A DNA stretch of 64,000 nucleotides from Sphingobacteriia bacterium (GCA_011390785.1 JAABRR010000010.1:4784-68783); one strand, 5' to 3'. Positions 8,778-17,878 are shown, numbered from the stretch's first letter. The notes: generated from the letters alone by a model not told the origin. Made by a program: numbers and translations.

Positions 8778-10733
8778 TTAATCTACAACAACTGCATTAA
8801 ATTTACAGGCTTCAAAACAGGCATTGCAGGCAATACATTTTTCTTGTACAATAAAGTGGGGCTGCCTTGGCGAACCAATAATTGCATCTACCGGGCATTT
8901 TTTAAAACATGCTGTACAACCGGTACACATATCAACATCAATGCTGTATGTGCGCAATTCACGGCAAACACCTGCAGGGCATTTTCTTTCAAATACGTGA
9001 GCATCAAATTCTGTTTTAAAATTAGAAAGGGTATTTAGGATAGCATTAGGAGCAGATTTACCAAGCGAACAAAGACTTGTATCTTTCATAACTTCGGCCA
9101 AACTCTTTAATTGCATAATTCCTTTAAAGCGTTCCAAAGTTTGAAGGGTGTTTTCCTTAGATGGTTTGCGTGTTGTCGCTTCAATAATTTCAAGCATCAA
9201 AGCAGTTCCTTCACGACATGGTATGCATTTTCCACAACTTTCATTTTTGAAGAAATTGGTGAAAAACTTTGCCAGATCGAGCATACATGTATCTTGTGCA
9301 ACAACTACGCACGCTCCGCTGCCCAGCTGAGACCCTACTGATCTGAGATCATTAAAATCAACCCGGGTATCGAGAGATTTCTCAGTTATATAGCTTCCGC
9401 TGTTAATACCCAGAATAATTGCCTTAAATGGATATTCCCCTTTTATTCCACCCCCAATTTCATCAATTATTTTCCTGAAACTCATTCCCATTTCCACTTC
9501 AATACACCCAAAATTCTTTACTTTGCCACTGAGGGTAAAAAGCTTTGTTCCTTTGCTCGATTCATAACCCAGGCTTTTAAACCATTCTATACCATTTTTG
9601 AGAATAAGTGGAACATTGATTATGGTTTCAAGATTATTAACGCTTGTTGGTTTATTCCATAACCCTTTAACTGCCGGAAAAGGTGGTTTTGATACAGGCA
9701 TAGCTCTTTTACCTTCAATACTGTTTATCAGGGCAGTTTCTTCTCCACAAACAAAGGCACGTGCACCAGCCATTACAATTATATCAATGTTAACCCCCGA
9801 ATCAAAAATATTATGACCTGTTAATCCATAATCTTGCGCTTGCTTAATGGCCCCATTAAGTCTTTCTATAGCCAACGAGAATTCTCCCCTAGTAAAAATA
9901 TAAGCTTTGGAAGCTCCAACTGCATAGGCAGAAATCAGAATTGCTTCAATTAGCCTGTGTGGGTCACTTTCCATTATCACCCTGTTCATGTAACTCCCCG
10001 GATCGCTTTCAACTGCATTGCAAATAAAATATTTCTGATCGCTGCTGGTATTCAGAGATATTTTCCATTTTTTACCAGCAAGAAAAGCTCCTCCGCCCCT
10101 TCCCATTAGCTCACTCTGCTCTACAATGTCGCAAACGTCAGCAGGAGTATGGCCTGCAATGGTATCGGCAAAAGCCTGATATCCTCCGGTGGCAATATAC
10201 TGCGAAATCGAAAGAGGGTCATTGATTCCGCAATTGGATGTCAGTATCTTTTTTTGATGAGAAAAAAAAGGGAGCTCATGAATGTAAGGAACGCCATCCC
10301 AAAACTGGTGTAAATTATTGTAATATTGTCCTAGAAGAAACTTCTCAGGAATGCTGTTATTGAGAATTTCATCAAGAAATGCCGGAACATCATCATGATA
10401 AACGTTTTGAAAAGAAATACGTGCCTTTCCAGGCATCTGTATATCCACAACAGGTTCAGCCTTACAATACCCGTTGCAGCCGCCTTTAATTAGTTCAACA
10501 TCAATTTCATTATCATTTATATAGTGCTTAATAGCCAGATAGGTTTTGGTTGCACCTGCTGCAATTGAACAACTGGTAAGTCCTACATAAATAACAGTTT
10601 TGGAAATACGCTCGCCAGAAATAAAAGAAAGTTCACGGGTAAGATCACTATCTTGATTTCTTTGGAAGTTTCGTAATACTTTTTCCGTTAAAAACTGTTT
10701 TATCTGATCCGAATCATCACTTTTCATATTCAT
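8778..10733 (-). CDS. hydB: HydB, the NuoF-like NADH-binding flavoprotein subunit of the hydrogenase
   Basis: GRGGGAFLAGKKW (FMN/NADH site) and ESCGKCIPCREG (N3-type 4Fe-4S). C-terminal CTGCTACFKKCP and CIACNACFEAC. N-terminal thioredoxin-like 2Fe-2S domain. Overlaps hydC by 17 nt. Confidence 0.9.
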   Translation of the reverse strand: MNMKSDDSDQIKQFLTEKVLRNFQRNQDSDLTRELSFISGERISKTVIYVGLTSCSIAAGATKTYLAIKHYINDNEIDVELIKGGCNGYCKAEPVVDIQMPGKARISFQNVYHDDVPAFLDEILNNSIPEKFLLGQYYNNLHQFWDGVPYIHELPFFSHQKKILTSNCGINDPLSISQYIATGGYQAFADTIAGHTPADVCDIVEQSELMGRGGGAFLAGKKWKISLNTSSDQKYFICNAVESDPGSYMNRVIMESDPHRLIEAILISAYAVGASKAYIFTRGEFSLAIERLNGAIKQAQDYGLTGHNIFDSGVNIDIIVMAGARAFVCGEETALINSIEGKRAMPVSKPPFPAVKGLWNKPTSVNNLETIINVPLILKNGIEWFKSLGYESSKGTKLFTLSGKVKNFGCIEVEMGMSFRKIIDEIGGGIKGEYPFKAIILGINSGSYITEKSLDTRVDFNDLRSVGSQLGSGACVVVAQDTCMLDLAKFFTNFFKNESCGKCIPCREGTALMLEIIEATTRKPSKENTLQTLERFKGIMQLKSLAEVMKDTSLCSLGKSAPNAILNTLSNFKTEFDAHVFERKCPAGVCRELRTYSIDVDMCTGCTACFKKCPVDAIIGSPRQPHFIVQEKCIACNACFEACKFNAVVVD

Positions 10734-11196
10734 TATTCTGGGTTTCCCTTATATGGCTAATAATATTTTTGACCGACTCTATTGTAAGAGCCGTATAATA
10801 CTCTTTGTTAATTTCTAATAAGGGAGCCAAACCACAGGCACCAATGCACGAAACTACTTCAAGGCTAAAAAGGCCAAAGCGATCTGTTTCGCCATTTTTA
10901 ATTTTTAGGGATTTCTCTAATTCGGCTAAAATAGTAGATGCTCCCGCAACATGGCAAGCTGTTCCATGACAAAGCCTTATATGATATCTACCAATAGGCC
11001 CGAAGTGGAAATTATCGTAAAAAGTAGCTACGCCATAAATCTTGTTAACAGAAATATGTAAATAACTACCCACCTCAATAATAATTTCTTCTGACAAAAA
11101 TCCAAACTCTTCCTGAATTTGATGCAACATGGGAATTAAATCATCTCTTTGTTGGTTAGGGAAATGGTCAAAAATATTTGAGAGTCGTTTATCCAT
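10717..11196 (-). CDS. hydC: HydC, the NuoE-like [2Fe-2S] subunit of the hydrogenase
   Basis: 159 aa. LCHGTACHVAG ... VSCIGACGLAPL (Cx4C...Cx3C thioredoxin-like 2Fe-2S motif). Confidence 0.9.
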   Translation of the reverse strand: MDKRLSNIFDHFPNQQRDDLIPMLHQIQEEFGFLSEEIIIEVGSYLHISVNKIYGVATFYDNFHFGPIGRYHIRLCHGTACHVAGASTILAELEKSLKIKNGETDRFGLFSLEVVSCIGACGLAPLLEINKEYYTALTIESVKNIISHIRETQNNEYEK

Positions 11197-11404
11197 GGGT
11201 TAGGTTGATAATTTTTTAACAATATTGAGGAAAGAAAAATTTACATTCCCAAAGTTTTCTTACTATCAGCTATTTAATGGATAAAAAATAACTGACATAA
11301 GGCACAAATATAAGAAAAAAATGATCTCTTAAAGGCTAATTTATTGAATAACAAAATCAAATTGAGCTTAATGTTATTTAGATTAATTTTAAAGAAGGCA
11401 AAAG

Positions 11405-11422
11405 CTGTGAACATATTAGCAA
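11405..11422. promoter_or_regulatory. Candidate Rex operator (imperfect TGTGAA-N4-TTCACA palindrome)
   Basis: cTGTGAAcataTTAGCAa matches 10 of 12 core positions of the Rex box known from Firmicutes and Actinobacteria. It lies in the divergent hydrogenase/sensor intergenic region. Confidence 0.25.
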
Positions 11423-11432
11423 TTAAAAGCAT

Positions 11433-11458
11433 TTTGTAATTGATAATCGTTAAATTTG
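11433..11458 (+). promoter_or_regulatory. Candidate Bacteroidetes-type promoter for the ferredoxin-hydS-phosphatase operon
   Basis: TTTG at 11433-11436 and TAAATTTG (TAnnTTTG) at 11451-11458, about 68 nt upstream of the ATG at 11526. The 14-nt spacer is shorter than the usual spacing of about 18-19 nt. Confidence 0.25.
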
Positions 11459-11525
11459 TTGAATAATTTTTTTCCTTTTAGTGAAATATCTTCTTAATCG
11501 ATTTTTTATCAACATTTTATAGTGC

Positions 11526-11786
11526 ATGACCAATATAATCAGCAACATAACAATTTGCATGGGAAGCAGTTGTTTTTCAAGGGGCAATAAAAAGACTGTT
11601 GCTTTTATCCAAAAATACCTTAAGGACAAGCAACTCAATGATAATGTAACTCTTAAAGGCGCTCACTGTATGGATCAATGCGATAAAGGACCTCTGGTAA
11701 AAATTGATGAAGAGTTGATTTTTCATGCAAATGAACAAATTCTTGAAGCCTATCTCGATAAAAAATTCAACATAAAAACCAAATAA
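11526..11786 (+). CDS. Small thioredoxin-like [2Fe-2S] ferredoxin (HfsA/NuoE-like)
   Basis: 86 aa. ICMGSSCFSRG ... GAHCMDQCDKGPLV gives Cx4C...Cx3C. It sits immediately upstream of the PAS-type sensory hydrogenase. Confidence 0.78.
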   Translation: MTNIISNITICMGSSCFSRGNKKTVAFIQKYLKDKQLNDNVTLKGAHCMDQCDKGPLVKIDEELIFHANEQILEAYLDKKFNIKTK

Positions 11787-11850
11787 GACATGCACCAAGG
11801 CATTAACAAAATTAAATGCCTCCATCAGCATTAACATAGCAACCCATATT

Positions 11851-13707
11851 ATGGAGTTAATATCAATAGACCTCGAAAAATGTAATAGTTCTCATGCGTG
11901 TATTCGTGCCTGCCCTGTAAAAGCTATTACAGTTGAAAGAAAGACCGATCTGCCAGAAATAAATCATAACAGGTGTATTGGTTGCGGCAATTGCCTGAGC
12001 GTATGCCAGGTTGGAGCAGTAACTTACAAATCATCTATAGAAGAAACAATAGATTTAATAAAATCAGAACAAAAAATAGCAGCAATTGTAGACCCCAGTA
12101 TAAGCGGAGAATTTTCAGATATTACTGAGTACAGAAAATTTGTAGAAATGATCAGAATGCTGGGTTTTGATTATGTAAACGAAGTTTCTTTTGGGGTTGA
12201 CCTGGTAGCACTGCAATATAAAAATCTAATTGATAAATTTAAGGGTAAATATTACCTTACATCTAACTGTCCCAGTGTTGTCAGTTATGTTGAAAAATAC
12301 TATCCTGATATAATTAATAACCTAATTCCAATAGTAAATCCAATGACTGCTATGGCTAAGGTTGTTAGACGTCAGTTTGGAAAGAATCTGAAAGTGGTTT
12401 TCATTGGCCCCTGTATTTCTGCTAAATATGAAGCCACACGGCATGTAGGAGATGGAAAAGTAGATTCTGCCCTAACTTTTCAGGAATTAAGGATCATGTT
12501 CAATAAATCACAAATAAAAGAAACCAATGTTGAATTTTCTGATTTTGACCCTCCTATCGGTTATAAGGGTTCTCTTTACCCTTTAAGCAGGGGTATTCTG
12601 GCAGCGGGTGGACTAACGGAAAATCCATTGGTGTCAGATATTTTTACTGCAACCGGCACTGAAAATGTAATGGACGCGGTGCACGAGTTCAGCTTTCGTC
12701 CAGAATCTATTAAAAAGCACTTCAACCTGCTTTTTAATGAAGGATGCCTTATGGGTCCGGGAAACAGTACCAGTAGTAATAAGTTCTTAAGGAAGACCCT
12801 GGTAATTGATTATGCAAGAAAACGATTGGAAAATTTTGATGAAAAAGTATGGAAGGAAAGCATTGAAAATTTTTCTGATTTAGATCTTTCAAGAACATTT
12901 ATTAACGACGACCAACGCAAAGAAATGCCTTCTGAAGACAAAATAGAGGAAATTCTGAAATCAGTTGGTAAATCTTCTGATGAAAAGGGGGCCTGTAGTG
13001 CCTGTGGATTTAGATCTTGCCGCGATTTTGCCATTGCCGTAAGTCAGGGTTTATCAAAATCTGACACATGCCTTACATGGTCGTTGAAAAGTAAGCAGGA
13101 ATACATAAAAACGCTTAAGAATAATAACGATAAGCTTCGCAAGCAGCAACAGGAAAGAGAAGAAAACGAAAGGCTACTCAAAATAGAAAATCAAAAGATA
13201 AGAACCAAATCCGAAACCATCTCTTCTTTGCTTCAAAACTTACCTTCTGCTGCAGTTATTATTGATGAAAAGCTTAAAGTAATAGAGTCTAACAAATCAT
13301 TTATCAATATATTGGGTGATGATGCTACTTTAATTAATGATGTTATACCTGGTTTAATCGGAGCTGATTTAAAAACACTACTGCCATACAATGTTTATAA
13401 TCTTTTTAGTTATGTTTTGCAAAAGGATGAGAATATTATTGGCCGCGATGTAAGTTTTAATGACGGGCTGCTCAACATAAATGTATTTTCTCTAAAACCT
13501 AACAAAATTGTAGGAGCTGTTTTCAGAGATATGTACGTTGCCGAAGTTAGGCAGGAAGAGATAATTAACAGGGTTAGTGAAGTAATTGACGAAAATCTGA
13601 AAATGGTGCAACAAATTGCCTTTTCACTGGGCGAAGGAGCATCAACAACAGAAAAAATGCTCAACTCAATAATTGAAACCTATAAAAAGGTTAAGAAAAC
13701 CGAATAA
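11851..13707 (+). CDS. hydS: Sensory-type [FeFe]-hydrogenase-like protein with a C-terminal PAS domain (HydS/HfsB-like)
   Basis: N-terminal ferredoxin motifs CNSSHACIRACP (second Cys replaced by Ser) and CIGCGNCLSVC. H-domain motifs TSNCPSVV, GPCISAKYE and LLFNEGCLMGPG. CSACGFRSC-x16-C, then a coiled-coil linker and a PAS-like C-terminus. Confidence 0.85.
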   Translation: MELISIDLEKCNSSHACIRACPVKAITVERKTDLPEINHNRCIGCGNCLSVCQVGAVTYKSSIEETIDLIKSEQKIAAIVDPSISGEFSDITEYRKFVEMIRMLGFDYVNEVSFGVDLVALQYKNLIDKFKGKYYLTSNCPSVVSYVEKYYPDIINNLIPIVNPMTAMAKVVRRQFGKNLKVVFIGPCISAKYEATRHVGDGKVDSALTFQELRIMFNKSQIKETNVEFSDFDPPIGYKGSLYPLSRGILAAGGLTENPLVSDIFTATGTENVMDAVHEFSFRPESIKKHFNLLFNEGCLMGPGNSTSSNKFLRKTLVIDYARKRLENFDEKVWKESIENFSDLDLSRTFINDDQRKEMPSEDKIEEILKSVGKSSDEKGACSACGFRSCRDFAIAVSQGLSKSDTCLTWSLKSKQEYIKTLKNNNDKLRKQQQEREENERLLKIENQKIRTKSETISSLLQNLPSAAVIIDEKLKVIESNKSFINILGDDATLINDVIPGLIGADLKTLLPYNVYNLFSYVLQKDENIIGRDVSFNDGLLNINVFSLKPNKIVGAVFRDMYVAEVRQEEIINRVSEVIDENLKMVQQIAFSLGEGASTTEKMLNSIIETYKKVKKTE

Positions 13708-13736
13708 AAACATTCAATACCAATATTGCTAAACCT

Positions 13737-14921
13737 ATGCAAAATCCCTTTTATATAGAAGTAGGTGTATTTCAAAAAAGCCATATTGGTGAACGTATAT
13801 GTGGTGATGTTTTCTTATCTAAAAAAGTAAAGGAAGAAAATCGTACTATTGTTGTTTTATCAGATGGTATGGGTCATGGAGTAAAAGCCAACCTGCTGGC
13901 AACACTAACCGCCACTATGGCTTTAAATTTTACCGTAGAACATAAGGATGTACATAAAATTGCAGAAATAATTATGAATACGCTGCCTGTTTGCAGTGAA
14001 AGGAAAATAAGTTATTCCACCTTTACCATTATAGATATAGAAGATAACGGCCAAACCACTATAATTAATTACGATAATCCCGAGTGTCTTGTTATTCGTG
14101 AGCAGGATGTATTTAAACCCAAATGGCACACAATAACCCTGGAGGCAGGTATTTATGGTGAAAAGGAAATTATGGCATGTACCTTTCAGGCCCAAAAAGA
14201 AGACCGGTTGATTATGCTTACCGATGGAATAACTCAATCCGGATTGGGCAAAGGAACTTACCTACTTGGATATGGCTGGGATAATACCAGAGATTTGATT
14301 GTTCAAAAAATAAAGGAAAAGGAAGATATCTCCGCTTCCAAACTTGCTTCTATAATTGTTGGAAAAGCGCACGCTAACGATAATTATCAATCTAAAGATG
14401 ATATAAGCTCTGTAGTAGTTTATCTTCGCGAACCACGTAAATTATTATTATGCTCTGGACCTCCTTTCGACAAAGATAAAGATGATTATTTAGCTAAAAA
14501 AGTTCACCAATTTTCAGGTAAAAAAATTCTATCTGGTGGCACTACAGTCGATATTATCGCTAAAAAGCTAAATATTAGAGTTGAAGATACCCTGGAATTT
14601 AATGATCCTGACCTACCTCCTATATCCTATATGCAGGGAATTGACCTGGTTACCGAAGGAATTCTTACACTAAGTAAGGTAACTAATATACTTGAAAATT
14701 ATAATGAAAGAACAGAACTCTCCAATGGGCCTGCAGATCAGATTATTAAACTGCTGCTCGAAAGCGATGAAATTGTTCTTTGCATTGGAACAGCTATAAA
14801 CGTTGCCCATCAGGATCCGAACCTACCTGTTGAACTGGAAATTCGACGTAGCGTTGCCAAAAAACTCACTGCCCTGTTAGAAGAAAAATTTCTTAAGGAA
14901 GTTACTCTGCAGTTTATTTAA
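13737..14921 (+). CDS. SpoIIE/PP2C-family serine phosphatase with an uncharacterised C-terminal domain of about 160 aa
   Basis: ICGDVF...VVLSDGMGHGVKANLLA...LIMLTDGI matches SpoIIE/PP2C metal-binding motifs. I do not recognise residues from about 235 to 394. Confidence 0.78.
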   Translation: MQNPFYIEVGVFQKSHIGERICGDVFLSKKVKEENRTIVVLSDGMGHGVKANLLATLTATMALNFTVEHKDVHKIAEIIMNTLPVCSERKISYSTFTIIDIEDNGQTTIINYDNPECLVIREQDVFKPKWHTITLEAGIYGEKEIMACTFQAQKEDRLIMLTDGITQSGLGKGTYLLGYGWDNTRDLIVQKIKEKEDISASKLASIIVGKAHANDNYQSKDDISSVVVYLREPRKLLLCSGPPFDKDKDDYLAKKVHQFSGKKILSGGTTVDIIAKKLNIRVEDTLEFNDPDLPPISYMQGIDLVTEGILTLSKVTNILENYNERTELSNGPADQIIKLLLESDEIVLCIGTAINVAHQDPNLPVELEIRRSVAKKLTALLEEKFLKEVTLQFI

Positions 14922-15229
14922 ACTCTGTCCACAATGCAGTCATATCAGAAGGATTTTATCTTAAAATTGAATATTGATTTCTTTAACAGCCTAAATTTCA
15001 GTTTTCTGATTTTAGGCCTACTTATTGCATAAGTGATAGCGGATTAATTTTTTGATTTAATACTTAAATGCTATTATAATCGATAAATAATATATATTTA
15101 AATACAAATAAGTTGTTTTTTTAGAAATAACCTATCTAATTGGGCAAACAACATAGATTGTTAATAAAAATAAACTAATTTATAATTTTATTATTAAGCT
15201 GATAATCAACATAAACCAGAGTATTGAAC

Positions 15230-15274
15230 GGTAAATGGTAAAAAAAATACTATTTACCAGCTATTTTCTTCTTT
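15230..15274 (+). terminator. Terminator-like hairpin in a gene-free region
   Basis: GGTAAATGGTA-A7-TACTATTTACC forms an 11-bp stem with one G-U pair, followed by the T-rich agctattttcttcttt. It lies about 310 nt after the phosphatase stop and about 145 nt before the next start. Confidence 0.35.
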
Positions 15275-15402
15275 GAAAGTCATTTTTTATTTATAAATTT
15301 GTGCTGTTCATGATAATTAAAAAAATTAATCAACAAAATCCGACAACACAAACACTTAAATTAGCAATTCGTGAGCTAATTTCGAAAATTTAAAAAAATT
15401 AA

Positions 15403-17784
15403 GTGAAAAGGTTCCAATCAATACCTATATTAATCTTTTCTCTTGCATTGATTATACTTACTAACCCCATGGTTCAGGCAGGTAATGACTCAGGCCTCCT
15501 AAATTCATTACATAGTATAAACAACAAGACAATCGACAATAATCCGACATTATCAGGTCAGATAGGTTTTTTGTCTTTTTTTTCGAAGTATGAAATTTAC
15601 AAAAAGACAATTTCAGTCAATAAAATTGGTTTTTCGCTTTTTTCTCTTTCCGAAAGAAAATTATTTTCAGTTCCTTTATTAATAGAAATTGAAAAGATAA
15701 ATAATTTTATTTTCCACAATTTATTTTTTCATCTCTTTTTGTTGTTTGTAAGTTTGATAATTCTTTCATACCTGGTATTTACTTCTTTAAAGTTTCGCAG
15801 AAAGTCGCAAAAACATGAAAACCAATTACAGATATTACTAGAATCGAATCCTACGGCTATAATGATCTTCCAGAATTACAGGCTGAAATTTGTAAACTAT
15901 TCTATGGTTGATCTAACAGGATTTACAAAAGATGAGCTGATAAAAATAGAAATATGGGAGTTGATTCATCCAAATAACATTAAGCAAAATGAAAATGAAC
16001 AAATTAAAGTTGAAAAGGGAACTTTAAATATCCGGGGAGAATTTCAGATCATAACCAAGTCAGGCGAATTAAAATGGATAGACCTTTCTACAAGCCCAAT
16101 TGTTTACGACCGTCAATCTGCAGTATTGGCTACGGCAATTGATATTACCGAACGTAAAAAAATAGAAGCAGAGCTTATACTCGCAAAAGAAATTGCCAAC
16201 GAAGCCAACAAGGTTAAATCTAATTTTATATCTAATGTAAGCCACGAAATAAGAACACCGCTAAACTCAATAATTGGCCTTACCGATCTTATAATAGATG
16301 ATGAAAATCTTACCAGAAAACAAATGGATAATATGAAGTCCATTAAATACTCATCCGATCATCTTCTGGGTGTTATTAATGATGTACTTGATTTTTCAAA
16401 ACTGGAAGCCGGTAAAGTTGAACTTGAGAATACCGAATTTGACCTTTTTACCCTGGTATTAGAAACTATCAAAACCTTTGAGTTTAAAGCAAAGGAAAAG
16501 AACATTATTATTAATAGTGATATAGATACCACAATACCACCTGTTATTAAAGGTGATCCATCAAGACTAAGACAGGTATTTCTTAATTTAATCAGTAATG
16601 CAGTTAAATTTACATCAGAAGGTCATATTGATATCCAGGTAAAAACTTTAAAACTAAACACGGAAAAAACAGAATTAAGATTTTCGGTTTCTGACACCGG
16701 AATTGGAATCCCGGAAGACAGGCAAAAACAATTATTCCAGAATTTTACACAAGTAAGCAGCGATACATTCAGAAAATATGGAGGAACAGGTCTGGGACTA
16801 TCCATTTGTAAAAAAATTATTGAATTGCAAAATGGCAAAATAGGGTTAAAAAGTATCAAAGGAATGGGCTCTACTTTCTGGTTTACTCTTGGTTTTGGTG
16901 TAAGCGATCGTTCATTTATACCTGATATGAGTAAGGTTGGACAAAGAATCAGAGACCTTAAGGGGACAAAGATTCTATTGGTAGAAGACGATCAAATGAA
17001 TCAGTTTGTAATGAAACAAATCATTGGTAAATGGCAGGCAATTATAGAAATAGCACATAATGGCCTGGAAGCCATCACCAAATTAGAAACAACTGATTAT
17101 GATGTAGTTTTAATGGACCTTCATATGCCTGAACTAAATGGCTATGAGACAGCCAAAATAATAAGACAAAATAAGGGGACGGTAATAAATAATAAAATAC
17201 CTATTCTGGCGCTCACTGCTGATGTAGCGAGTGAAACAAGGCAAAAAGTTAATGAAGCAGGTATGAACGATTTCATTACCAAACCATCGGAGCAGAAAAT
17301 TATTTACGAGAAAATTGTAACAGCAATCAGTAATTCAAAAACTGAGTTTGTAGAGAAAAAAGCAGAACAGACTACAACGACCCAAACAGAAAGTTCTGAG
17401 AGCATCAGAAAATCAAAATTAAGAGTCAGGAAGTCGTTAGAAGATATTTTTGATGATAATCTGGAAGAAACCTTATCCTTAATTTCAAGATTTTTAAAAG
17501 AGATTCCCCGCACAATACTGGGAATAAATGAAGCTCTTTTTGAGCAGGATCTTGATACAGTAAATAAGCTGGTTCATAGAATAAAACCGGGTTATAGCTA
17601 CATGGGTTTTGGTGAAGTATCAGATAAAATTTCACAAATTCAGGAGCTAACCAGATCAAAATCTAACCTACCACAACTTGAAGTTTTGTGTAAAGAACTA
17701 GATGATGATTCCAGAAATATCATATCAATTCTGAGAGCCCTACATAAAGAATTTCTTAAAGATGGCTTCCTAAACAACAAATAA
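15403..17784 (+). CDS. Hybrid sensor histidine kinase (signal/TM region, PAS, HisKA, HATPase, REC, HPt)
   Basis: 793 aa with a GTG start. H-box VSHEIRTPLNSI, ATPase motifs DTGIGI and GTGLGLSIC, receiver ILLVEDDQMNQ...VLMDLHMPELNG...KP, and a C-terminal HPt-like helical region. Confidence 0.85.
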   Translation: MKRFQSIPILIFSLALIILTNPMVQAGNDSGLLNSLHSINNKTIDNNPTLSGQIGFLSFFSKYEIYKKTISVNKIGFSLFSLSERKLFSVPLLIEIEKINNFIFHNLFFHLFLLFVSLIILSYLVFTSLKFRRKSQKHENQLQILLESNPTAIMIFQNYRLKFVNYSMVDLTGFTKDELIKIEIWELIHPNNIKQNENEQIKVEKGTLNIRGEFQIITKSGELKWIDLSTSPIVYDRQSAVLATAIDITERKKIEAELILAKEIANEANKVKSNFISNVSHEIRTPLNSIIGLTDLIIDDENLTRKQMDNMKSIKYSSDHLLGVINDVLDFSKLEAGKVELENTEFDLFTLVLETIKTFEFKAKEKNIIINSDIDTTIPPVIKGDPSRLRQVFLNLISNAVKFTSEGHIDIQVKTLKLNTEKTELRFSVSDTGIGIPEDRQKQLFQNFTQVSSDTFRKYGGTGLGLSICKKIIELQNGKIGLKSIKGMGSTFWFTLGFGVSDRSFIPDMSKVGQRIRDLKGTKILLVEDDQMNQFVMKQIIGKWQAIIEIAHNGLEAITKLETTDYDVVLMDLHMPELNGYETAKIIRQNKGTVINNKIPILALTADVASETRQKVNEAGMNDFITKPSEQKIIYEKIVTAISNSKTEFVEKKAEQTTTTQTESSESIRKSKLRVRKSLEDIFDDNLEETLSLISRFLKEIPRTILGINEALFEQDLDTVNKLVHRIKPGYSYMGFGEVSDKISQIQELTRSKSNLPQLEVLCKELDDDSRNIISILRALHKEFLKDGFLNNK

Positions 17785-17845
17785 ATATTATAATATAGTA
17801 TTTTGGTTTTTTCAAAGCAGACTCAATCCATAAAGTTGTAATTTT

Positions 17846-17878
17846 GGCCTTTATTGTAATTTACTAAAGGCCTTTTTT
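17846..17878 (+). terminator. Rho-independent terminator directly abutting the ribD start codon
   Basis: GGCCTTTA-11 nt loop-TAAAGGCC (perfect 8-bp stem) followed by T6. The ribD ATG begins at 17880. Confidence 0.6.

Noticed and set aside
11450-11837. Minus-strand ORFs 11450-11638 and 11577-11837
   Set aside because: They overlap the plus-strand 2Fe-2S ferredoxin gene, which has a clean Cx4C...Cx3C motif and an operon context. The minus-strand products are hydrophobic low-complexity sequences.
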